Positions 1 through 6,725 of a DNA stretch of 15,280 nucleotides are shown here, in pieces; position 1 is the first letter of the stretch; every line of letters begins with the position of its first letter. Source of the DNA: a virus; the IMG/VR virus record IMGVR_UViG_3300045988_110003, positions 1-15,280 of that record; one strand, given 5' to 3'. Made by a program: the position numbers and the translations under genes. A model generated the notes under the pieces. That model saw nothing but the letters and a program-made list of their open reading frames with translations. It did no database searches and was not told where the DNA came from.

Positions 1-211
1 TATACACATCACTGTAGTGAAGTACCTCAAATTCCCCAACTACTTTATGAGAGTGAAGTGGCAGTTAGTTATCGCGAACAAACCGCTTCACTGAAATAAA
101 GCGCTTCACTGTAATGAAGTAGCACCTTACGGGATAGCCAGGACGACATAGCTTGTTGTATACAAGATAAAGTTCATTGATGAATCTGCAAGAAAGTGTT
201 GACAGGTGGGC
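1..211 (+). repeat. Left inverted terminal repeat (211 bp)
   Basis: Bases 1-211 equal the reverse complement of 15070-15280, checked in 10-nt blocks. Identity breaks at 212/15069. Confidence 0.97.
7..121. repeat. Array of AGTGAAG/CTTCACT heptamers and two 16-bp imperfect palindromes inside the ITR (mirrored at 15160-15274)
   Basis: Two imperfect palindromes: CATCACT-GT-AGTGAAG at 7-22 and CTTCACT-GT-AATGAAG at 104-119. Isolated half sites: AGTGAAG at 52-58 and CTTCACT at 86-92. The 16-mer TCACTGTARTGAAGTA occurs at 9-24 and 106-121. The 10-mer CGCTTCACTG occurs at 84-93 and 102-111. Confidence 0.8.
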
Positions 212-227
212 ACAAGTGTGCTATACT
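199..227 (+). promoter_or_regulatory. Left terminal promoter (sigma-A/sigma-70 type)
   Basis: TTGACA at 199-204, a 17-nt spacer, and TATACT at 222-227 preceded by TG (extended -10). The -35 box is inside the ITR and the -10 is outside. The first ORF follows about 40 nt downstream. Confidence 0.7.
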
Positions 228-273
228 ATAGACAGTGAAAGGGAACACACCTCAAGAGAAAGGACATACAACA

Positions 274-474
274 ATGAAACTCTATAATGTATACGTTCAT
301 AACAACCGTGATAACTACAATGATTGTTATATGGTGAATGCGGAAGACCCCGTGGATGCACGCAATGTGGCGGTTCAGCGGTTAATTGATGAAACTGGTG
401 ACGGTCTGAACGTGTGGGAGATACTGGGCGTAAAGGGTGTTCTTAGTTCAAAGTATGGCAAGACCAATAATTAA
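274..474 (+). CDS. Hypothetical early protein, 66 aa
   Basis: ATG at 274 is preceded by AAAGGA at 259-264. The tracked GTG start at 235 would sit at the predicted transcription start, so it is unlikely. I recognised no family. Confidence 0.6.
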   Translation: MKLYNVYVHNNRDNYNDCYMVNAEDPVDARNVAVQRLIDETGDGLNVWEILGVKGVLSSKYGKTNN

Positions 475-489
475 CAGGGGGTGCACACA

Positions 490-756
490 ATGAAAACGTT
501 TGTAGTCAGTATGAGACAGATGAAAGAGCTTCAGCAGAAAGGCTGGACAATCGGCAAGTCTTTTGAGTATTACCGTGTGGGTGTTGAAGATGGAACGGGC
601 AAGCTTCTTGTCAAGCGGTATCCGAAACGTTTCTACAATGTGAATCTTCACAAGTATGGTTACTGTCATAGTATGGAAGAAGCTTCACGGCGTGGGATTC
701 TCAGCGACACGCACAAAGTTCGCTTAATGTCAAGTGAGAAAGGACAGAAGCAATGA
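490..756 (+). CDS. Hypothetical early protein, 88 aa
   Basis: ATG at 490 is preceded by AGGGGG at 475-480. The stop overlaps the next start (ATGA at 753-756). Confidence 0.65.
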   Translation: MKTFVVSMRQMKELQQKGWTIGKSFEYYRVGVEDGTGKLLVKRYPKRFYNVNLHKYGYCHSMEEASRRGILSDTHKVRLMSSEKGQKQ

Positions 757-983
757 TTCAATACATTAAATGTAGCAACTTTGAACCCATAGAAAATTAC
801 CTGCTCCGTCACCAAGACAGCGAGTACAAGACAACCAGATACAAATACACCTTTGAAGTGGTGGGCGATTGTGCCGGAATCTTCCGGACGGGCCTTGTCA
901 ATGCAAGTGCAACCGCTTCACATCCGGCAATCAAGAAAGGTGAGCGGGAGTTAATCGTATATTATCATGATGGGGAGTTTTAA
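753..983 (+). CDS. Hypothetical early protein, 76 aa
   Basis: ATG at 753 is preceded by GAAAGGA and is translationally coupled to the upstream ORF. Confidence 0.65.
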   Translation: MIQYIKCSNFEPIENYLLRHQDSEYKTTRYKYTFEVVGDCAGIFRTGLVNASATASHPAIKKGERELIVYYHDGEF

Positions 984-985
984 CA

Positions 986-1225
986 ATGAAAGTTTACATT
1001 TATGAGCACGTCACTTGCGCACCGGAAAAAGCGCACCCGGTGAACCGAATTGAGCATGGTTTTGCTTGGCGTCTTAAAGCAGGATGCAAACAGATGAACA
1101 TGCAAGAACTTGACAAGTATATGAAGTTCATTCGTGTAACCATGTTCAATCCGAATTTGATTCTTCTGCCGGCTGGGGATTTCCGGTTACAATATTTTGA
1201 TATGAGGGGGAAATACCATGATTAA
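986..1225 (+). CDS. Hypothetical early protein, 79 aa
   Basis: ATG at 986 is preceded by GGGGAG and packed tightly against its neighbours. Confidence 0.65.
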   Translation: MKVYIYEHVTCAPEKAHPVNRIEHGFAWRLKAGCKQMNMQELDKYMKFIRVTMFNPNLILLPAGDFRLQYFDMRGKYHD

Positions 1226-1427
1226 ATTAACCGATACCATGCGGAAAAAGCTTGTAGACAGCGGTGTCTACATTGGCGCAAGGCACTATTACACATACGA
1301 TTCACAAACTTGTGTCATTGCAAAGTATGATAAAAAAGGTGAAAAGCTGCAAGAGGTGGGTTCAGAAGATTTGAACCTGTGGGCACTGGTTACAAGTACC
1401 ATCCGGGAGTATAAGGGGAGTAAGTAA
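1218..1427 (+). CDS. Hypothetical early protein, 69 aa
   Basis: ATG at 1218 is preceded by GAGGGGGA and overlaps the upstream ORF by 8 nt. Confidence 0.65.
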   Translation: MIKLTDTMRKKLVDSGVYIGARHYYTYDSQTCVIAKYDKKGEKLQEVGSEDLNLWALVTSTIREYKGSK

Positions 1428-1428
1428 C

Positions 1429-2196
1429 ATGAAGAAACTGAAAAACCAAACCGGTCTTGTCCAGTCCGATGAAAACGCCAAGGCCCGGGCCCGGAAAGAA
1501 TCGGGCAAGACGTCCAACAAAAAAGCAGCCAAGCAGCGCAAGCAGCAAAAGCTCGCTGAAAAGAAAGAACAGAAGAAGCGGAAACAGGGGGGCCCGGGCC
1601 GTCCGTTCCGTGCCAAGCCTTGGGCGGACTACGCACAAGGCGAAAAACCCGTTAAAGCATACAGCACCGAACAGCTCCGGGACATCAACAGAAGAGCGGC
1701 CAAAGCAGCGAACAGCCGCTTGCGTGCTCTGGAAAAAGCCGGGCAAACCAAGTGGGCCTATAATATGGCCGCTCGCCTTACTGGCAAGGAAAAGCCACGG
1801 TTTACGGAAAGTCAAAAGGCTATTGCCAAGATGTCCCGGCAGCAGCTCGAAAAGCAGTTTTACAATCTCCGGGAGTACATGACAGCCAAAACAAGCACAT
1901 TGCAGGGGTTAAGAGCCCATGAACAAAAGGTGTTGAATATGGCCCGGGAAGAGGGTTTTCAGGGAACTACGGAAGAGCTCTCCGCCCTCTTTGAAAAGTA
2001 CATGACGGCAGAATGGGAAAAGATTCTGGGTTCTCCGCTCATTCGTGGTGAGATTCTTTCCGGTCGTGCTGCACACGGCTCTTTGGAATATCTGAGGGAA
2101 CAGCAAGAGCGGGCCAGCGAGATGGGCCGCTTGTACGATGAAGACAAACAACAGGGCGCTTTACTTCTGGAATCTTTACGAAAGTTTGGGGGTTAA
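1429..2196 (+). CDS. Candidate terminal protein (replication primer), 255 aa
   Basis: It lies immediately upstream of the protein-primed DNA polymerase, as phi29 gene 3 precedes gene 2, and is close in size to phi29 TP (266 aa). The N-terminal ~60 aa are extremely Lys/Arg-rich and the rest looks helical. The ATG is preceded by AAGGGGAG. I saw no direct sequence similarity. Confidence 0.5.
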   Translation: MKKLKNQTGLVQSDENAKARARKESGKTSNKKAAKQRKQQKLAEKKEQKKRKQGGPGRPFRAKPWADYAQGEKPVKAYSTEQLRDINRRAAKAANSRLRALEKAGQTKWAYNMAARLTGKEKPRFTESQKAIAKMSRQQLEKQFYNLREYMTAKTSTLQGLRAHEQKVLNMAREEGFQGTTEELSALFEKYMTAEWEKILGSPLIRGEILSGRAAHGSLEYLREQQERASEMGRLYDEDKQQGALLLESLRKFGG

Positions 2197-2198
2197 GT

Positions 2199-4238
2199 AT
2201 GAGATACTCGCAAGGAATCGAGATAGCAGAAACCAAACAAGAATTTCTTGCGATGCTCAAAAAGCCCAAGGCTGTGGCCCAAAAATCCAAGCGTGCAAAA
2301 GCTGGGCAGCGCCGTTTTGTGCGCAAGTACATGGATGTCACTTGTACTTTTGATATTGAAACCACCAACACGGAAGAGGACGGCTTTGCATACTCGTTTC
2401 AGACCTGTATCGGTGGGGCCGTGGTGGTTCCCCGTTACTTTGAAGACTGGGTGGACATCATTGACACGCTGGTAGACAAGTGGGGCATTACCGAAAAGAA
2501 GCGCCTCATCATCTTTGTGCACAATCTGGGCTATGAATATACCTATCTGATTCAGATGCTTTGTGCACACTGGGGCGACGCCAAAGCCCTGTACACCAAG
2601 AGCCGCAAGCCCTTGTATTTGCAGTTCTCGAACGGAATCGAATTCCGGGATAGTTTAAAGCTTTTCCAAAAGAGTCTTGCCCGGGCAACTGAGGGCTGCA
2701 AGCATGAAAAGTTAAAGGGCGATTTGGATTATACGGTTTATCGGACATCCGACACGCCTTTAACAGATACCGAATTTGCGTATTGTGTGAATGATGTTCT
2801 TGGTCTGTGGGAAGCAATCGAACGCTTAAAGAAAGAGCGTGGTTATAACACGGCCACTTTGCCGCTGACAAATACAGCGCTTGTCGTTGCTGAGGTCAAC
2901 AGCAAGATTTCTCATGACAAAGTATGCCGGGACGCTATACGGCGGCTTGCGTTGTCCAAGAGTCAAACCCTTTTGGCGTATAAGGCAATGGCAGGCGGTG
3001 ACACTCACGGGACAAGATGGCGGGCGGGTCAAACCTATTACAACTGTAACTCGTATGACTTCAAGAGTGCCCACCCGTCACAACAGCTTTTGTGGAAGTT
3101 TCCAAGCGGCAGGCCCTTTGACCTGCCGGACGAAACGGAAGAAGACGACATGAACCGCCTGATTGCTGCCGGGTATGGCTGGGTGGGCAAAATTCTGTTG
3201 ATTGACTTTCAGATAAAGCCGGAATGTCCTGACCCCTGTATTTCGGTCAGTAAGTGTGCAAGCATTGACGGGGAGTTAGGCGTTGACAATGGCCGCTTGC
3301 TGGGTGCCCACGGCGCTTTTATCTACGTTGATTCCAACGACTGGCAAAGAATCCGGGACGGATACCTTTATACAAAGATGATTTGTATGGAATCCTTTGC
3401 TTTTCAGCTGGCCTATTTGCCCGACTCGTTCCGGCTTGCGATTTTGGAAAAATTCAAAATCAAAGAAACCATGAAGAACAGCCCGGATTACGCATTCTCG
3501 AAAATATGTGTAAACACGATTTACGGCGCAACTGCCCAAAAGCAAATCCGTGATGAATACGACGCACAAATAGGAGATGATATTGAATTTGAATGCACCC
3601 ATTGGGAAGATACCCTGCAAGACATGAACGACGACAAAGTTTATAAGAAGCAGTCTGAGAAGTTCCCCTTTCTGTGGGGACTCTGGACAGCCAGCTTAAC
3701 CCGTTTAAAGCTGTGGCAGCTCTTAAAGATTGTCGGCTGGGAATCCGTCATCTACTGGGATACAGACAGTTGCAAGTATCAAGGCCCAAAGATGAAAGGC
3801 GTTCAAGCCTATAATGAATCCGTGGCCCGTCAGTGTGAAAAGCGTGGTGTGGTCGTCAAAAAAGCAAACGGGAAGAAAGTCTTCATCGGGGTTGCGGAAG
3901 ATGAACACCCGCAAGCCGATTTTGGCTATACCGAATTCAGGTTTCTTCACGCCAAATGCTATGCGGCCCGGACGTGTGACGGGGTTCTCGAAAGTACCAT
4001 TGCAGGAGTTGGCAAGAAAGAGGGGAAAGCAGCCCTCAAGAACGATATAGAAAATCTGAACGATTTTCTCATTATTGAAGACGCTGGGGGCCAGATGCTC
4101 ACATATCACAATAGCCCCATCAAAGAACGTCACGACATGAAGAAACCCACTCACAGTGCCTCTTGGGTTGTCATGACTCCAAGGCGCTATGAAGTGGGCC
4201 AGATGACAAAAGATTTTACAGAAGAAAGGCTTGGTTAA
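2199..4238 (+). CDS. Family B DNA polymerase, protein-primed type, 679 aa
   Basis: Motifs found: ExoI FDIETT, ExoII VHNLGYEYTYL, ExoIII YCVNDVLGL, motif A YDFKSAHPSQ, motif B KICVNTIYGATAQK, motif C IYWDTDS, and KxY as HAKCYAAR. Confidence 0.93.
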   Translation: MRYSQGIEIAETKQEFLAMLKKPKAVAQKSKRAKAGQRRFVRKYMDVTCTFDIETTNTEEDGFAYSFQTCIGGAVVVPRYFEDWVDIIDTLVDKWGITEKKRLIIFVHNLGYEYTYLIQMLCAHWGDAKALYTKSRKPLYLQFSNGIEFRDSLKLFQKSLARATEGCKHEKLKGDLDYTVYRTSDTPLTDTEFAYCVNDVLGLWEAIERLKKERGYNTATLPLTNTALVVAEVNSKISHDKVCRDAIRRLALSKSQTLLAYKAMAGGDTHGTRWRAGQTYYNCNSYDFKSAHPSQQLLWKFPSGRPFDLPDETEEDDMNRLIAAGYGWVGKILLIDFQIKPECPDPCISVSKCASIDGELGVDNGRLLGAHGAFIYVDSNDWQRIRDGYLYTKMICMESFAFQLAYLPDSFRLAILEKFKIKETMKNSPDYAFSKICVNTIYGATAQKQIRDEYDAQIGDDIEFECTHWEDTLQDMNDDKVYKKQSEKFPFLWGLWTASLTRLKLWQLLKIVGWESVIYWDTDSCKYQGPKMKGVQAYNESVARQCEKRGVVVKKANGKKVFIGVAEDEHPQADFGYTEFRFLHAKCYAARTCDGVLESTIAGVGKKEGKAALKNDIENLNDFLIIEDAGGQMLTYHNSPIKERHDMKKPTHSASWVVMTPRRYEVGQMTKDFTEERLG

Positions 4239-4239
4239 T

Positions 4240-4320
4240 ATGGACACTGTTATTAAATGTGTAACCGTTGTATTGGTTGTGGATATCGTTCTTGTGATTA
4301 TCCTGTACAAATCCCTGTAA
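4240..4320 (+). CDS. Possible 26-aa hydrophobic micropeptide (MDTVIKCVTVVLVVDIVLVIILYKSL)
   Basis: The ATG lies 1 nt after the polymerase stop, with AAAGG about 10 nt upstream. It has a single predicted TM-like segment. It is below the ORF-track length cut-off and has no other support. Confidence 0.25.
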   Translation: MDTVIKCVTVVLVVDIVLVIILYKSL

Positions 4321-4344
4321 ATGTTCCACGTGGAACAAAAGAAA

Positions 4345-4372
4345 AGCCCCACGGCCTTTCGGTCGTGGGGCT
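4345..4372. terminator. Bidirectional intrinsic terminator between the convergent arms
   Basis: Stem AGCCCCACG (4345-4353) pairs with CGTGGGGCT (4364-4372). It is flanked by an A-run upstream and TTTTT downstream, so it reads as hairpin plus U-tract on both strands. It sits between the polymerase stop (4238) and the fibre stop (4378). Confidence 0.8.
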
Positions 4373-4377
4373 TTTTG

Positions 4378-6285
4378 TTAACTTACGGTAATGATGGCGG
4401 AAAACTGAATAAGCGCCATTTTAGTGAGGTCGATATCTTCCGGTTTGGGGAATGCTCCTCCTTGTGCAAGAAGAGCGTTATAACGTCCCTCGGGAACGCC
4501 AGACTTAAAAACAAGCGAAAGGGGATTCATCTCTGGGTTCGTAATCGTGTTACCATACGAAATCTTATACTCTCCAGCAGTGGTATAATAGGCAATGTGC
4601 CAAAAGGCTTGGCTGATGCTGATTGCGTGCCCGGGTTTTACTCGGAACGGAATAGAAATGTTGTCAAGCTGTAGTTTCGTTGTCGAATTGGGGTTAACAA
4701 TGCCCATGCCGCCCAATGTAATATACTGAGAACGGGGTACGGGGTACACTTCCAGATTAGACACGTCGGGAATCTCGCTCCTGTCCGCCTTGTCCGTTTC
4801 CAGCTTGGCGATCTGCCCGGCGTGTTCTTCCAGCTCGGTTTCCTGGGAGGTCGCACACTGGGAAACGGTCTGACCGGGGTGGTCGGTCGTCCAGTCGCCA
4901 ATAATGGCATCCTGTGCGGCCTGCCCTGCCGTGTAAACTTCCGTCTTGACGTAACCGGACAGGTCTTCCCTCAGATGGGCGATAGCGTCAGTGTTGCCGG
5001 AAATGGCGGTATCCTGGGCCGTGTTCTTGGCCTTGAGGTCGGCAATGTCCTGCTTGTTGGTCGTGTTGTCGGTCTCCAGGGCAGAAATCCGGCCCTCATG
5101 GTCCGCCAACTCGGTTGCATGGTCGGCCAGCTCGGCGGCATTCTTGGCAATGAGCTTGCCCTGTGCCAGTTCCGCCGCCTTTGCCCGGTCAACCTCAGCG
5201 GTCAAAGCGGTATTGGTTGCATCGGTCTTGGTGTCCAGACCGTCAAGACGGCCCTCAGCGGCGGTGGTGCGCTTTTCCAGTGCATCCAACCGCCCATCCT
5301 GCTGCACATCCTTTTCCTGAATGTGGGCGATGGCGTCCCGGTTCGCTTCGATTTTGGCTTCATCTTCGGTGAGGTCGGAACGCAAAGAGGCGATGTCAGA
5401 AGTATTCCGCTCAATCGCCGTGTGATTGTCGGTGATTTCCTTATGCTGGGCGGTGAGCCGGGCTTCGTGGTCTTTCAGCTCTTCGGCATGGTCGGCCAGC
5501 TCATGGGCGTTGACGGCAATCTGGGCGGCATTGTCCTGAATGTTTTTGGTGTTCTTGGCAATGTCTGCGGTGTTCTGGGCCAACGTGGCGTCATGGGATT
5601 TCAGCTTAGTATCAATGCCATTCAGCCGGGAATCCTGCTCCACGTCTTTGGCCTGAATTGCCGAAATGTCGTTGTCGTTGCTGGTAATCTGCCGCTGCAA
5701 ATCCTCATCCTTGGCGTGCAGGTCGGCAATCTCTGTGGTGTGCTGGGCGGTCGTGGCCTGCAAGCCGTCGATTTCCGTCTCAGCGGTTGCAACACGCTCC
5801 GAAAGAGCATCAACCCTTGCGTCGTTCTTGGCAACGGTGTTTTTCATCTCCGCATTGTCTTTGTCGTACTGGGTGATTTTTTCACGGAATTCCTTATTGT
5901 CTTCTGCAAAGCCCGTCACCTGACTGGACAGGTCGGAAACACCGGCTTTGAGCTGTTCCAACTGGGCGTTGTATGCTCCGGTCTTGGCCCAATATCTTTC
6001 ATTGGTGATGTCGATACCGGGGGGCACCGGGCAACGGCTGGTATAGGACTCATTGTTATGGGTCACAATGATAAGGTTTTCATAAGCCTTTGCGCCGTCC
6101 CACTCGCTGGGGTCGGCCAACTTCGGAACGTACCGGGCCCCGATGTACTGAGACGGGGGACAAGGCGGGGGCGGCGGGGGACAATGCCCGGGACGGGGGC
6201 CCGGCTTGCAGGGGCCACACCCACCGGGAGCGTAGGGAGCAGGTTCAACAGGATAAGGGCGGCAATCATGTTTGTTGCAACTCAT
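4378..6285 (-). CDS. Tail fibre / appendage protein, 635 aa
   Basis: The protein has four regions: a Cys/Pro-rich leader (residues 1-45); a YIGARYVP...YTS...YW..TG..N module of a kind I recall at the N-termini of tail fibre proteins in Firmicutes phages; about 400 aa of repetitive coiled coil; and a ~120-aa non-repetitive C-terminal domain. It is the last gene of the structural operon. RBS GAAAGGAGA. Confidence 0.7.
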   Translation of the reverse strand: MSCNKHDCRPYPVEPAPYAPGGCGPCKPGPRPGHCPPPPPPCPPSQYIGARYVPKLADPSEWDGAKAYENLIIVTHNNESYTSRCPVPPGIDITNERYWAKTGAYNAQLEQLKAGVSDLSSQVTGFAEDNKEFREKITQYDKDNAEMKNTVAKNDARVDALSERVATAETEIDGLQATTAQHTTEIADLHAKDEDLQRQITSNDNDISAIQAKDVEQDSRLNGIDTKLKSHDATLAQNTADIAKNTKNIQDNAAQIAVNAHELADHAEELKDHEARLTAQHKEITDNHTAIERNTSDIASLRSDLTEDEAKIEANRDAIAHIQEKDVQQDGRLDALEKRTTAAEGRLDGLDTKTDATNTALTAEVDRAKAAELAQGKLIAKNAAELADHATELADHEGRISALETDNTTNKQDIADLKAKNTAQDTAISGNTDAIAHLREDLSGYVKTEVYTAGQAAQDAIIGDWTTDHPGQTVSQCATSQETELEEHAGQIAKLETDKADRSEIPDVSNLEVYPVPRSQYITLGGMGIVNPNSTTKLQLDNISIPFRVKPGHAISISQAFWHIAYYTTAGEYKISYGNTITNPEMNPLSLVFKSGVPEGRYNALLAQGGAFPKPEDIDLTKMALIQFSAIITVS

Positions 6286-6302
6286 ATTGGAAGTCTCCTT
6301 TC

Positions 6303-6725
6303 TTAGTAGTTGATAATCAGATGGCCGTATTCCGGCTCTGTGATGTCCATCGGCGTACAGAATTTCAGGAAATTCCAGTTAGCGGGGACATAAGCCACGA
6401 AATGGCCGTCAGGGGTCAGACCAAACCACACAAACCGAACCATAGCAAGAACCATATCCGGCAAGTTGTCATTGGCCCACCGTTCAAAGTTCTCGTTTTC
6501 AAAGTCCCCGTGGTTCAGTCGTTCGTTGATACAGGTCTGGGCTTTGGCAAGGTCGGTCAGTGCGCTGTTGAGTGCCGTAATGTTGCCGCCCTGAGCTTCC
6601 TGTCCTTTGGCAAGTCCCTGACAAAGCGCCGTAAGGCTCTGAATCTGAGAAACCATCCACCTCAAATCGTACATTGCGGGGTCTCCGGGCGTGTAGCCCG
6701 GCTGTGCGCAAAACGGATAATCCAT
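6303..6725 (-). CDS. Hypothetical protein, 140 aa, between holin and fibre genes
   Basis: Its start overlaps the holin stop (ATG/TGA sharing nt 6725). It has no TM segment, a coiled-coil-like N-terminal half, and no family I recognise. Confidence 0.6.
   Translation of the reverse strand: MDYPFCAQPGYTPGDPAMYDLRWMVSQIQSLTALCQGLAKGQEAQGGNITALNSALTDLAKAQTCINERLNHGDFENENFERWANDNLPDMVLAMVRFVWFGLTPDGHFVAYVPANWNFLKFCTPMDITEPEYGHLIINY

Noticed and set aside
156-165. Internal copy of the terminal hexamer TATACA inside the palindrome TTGTATACAA
   Set aside because: I considered it as an internal origin-like sequence. A 6-mer match is weak evidence, so I note it only as part of the shared upstream region of the terminal promoters.
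235-273. GTG start at 235 for the first ORF. Similar upstream starts are tracked at 481, 7276, 9441, 12668, 14601 and 15049.
   Set aside because: Each upstream start lacks a Shine-Dalgarno sequence, or lies at or upstream of the predicted transcription start. In every case an in-frame ATG with a strong GGAGG-like RBS lies just downstream.
1109-1140. Additional TTGACA hexamers inside coding regions (e.g. 1109, 3290, and minus-strand copies near 7275 and 12377)
   Set aside because: None has a TATAAT-like -10 box at 16-18 nt spacing.
1457-1882. 141-aa alternative-frame ORF inside the terminal-protein candidate, plus minus-strand ORFs at 1289-1815
   Set aside because: They arise from the AAG/AAA/CAG-rich repetitive coding region. 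They have no RBS and only a basic low-complexity translation. An overprinted gene cannot be excluded, but nothing supports one.
4822-6306. 494-aa ORF on the + strand, antisense to the fibre gene
   Set aside because: Its product is a Gly/Val/Leu-rich low-complexity translation with no RBS. It lies entirely opposite a well-supported repetitive gene whose codon bias removes antisense stops, so it is a shadow ORF.
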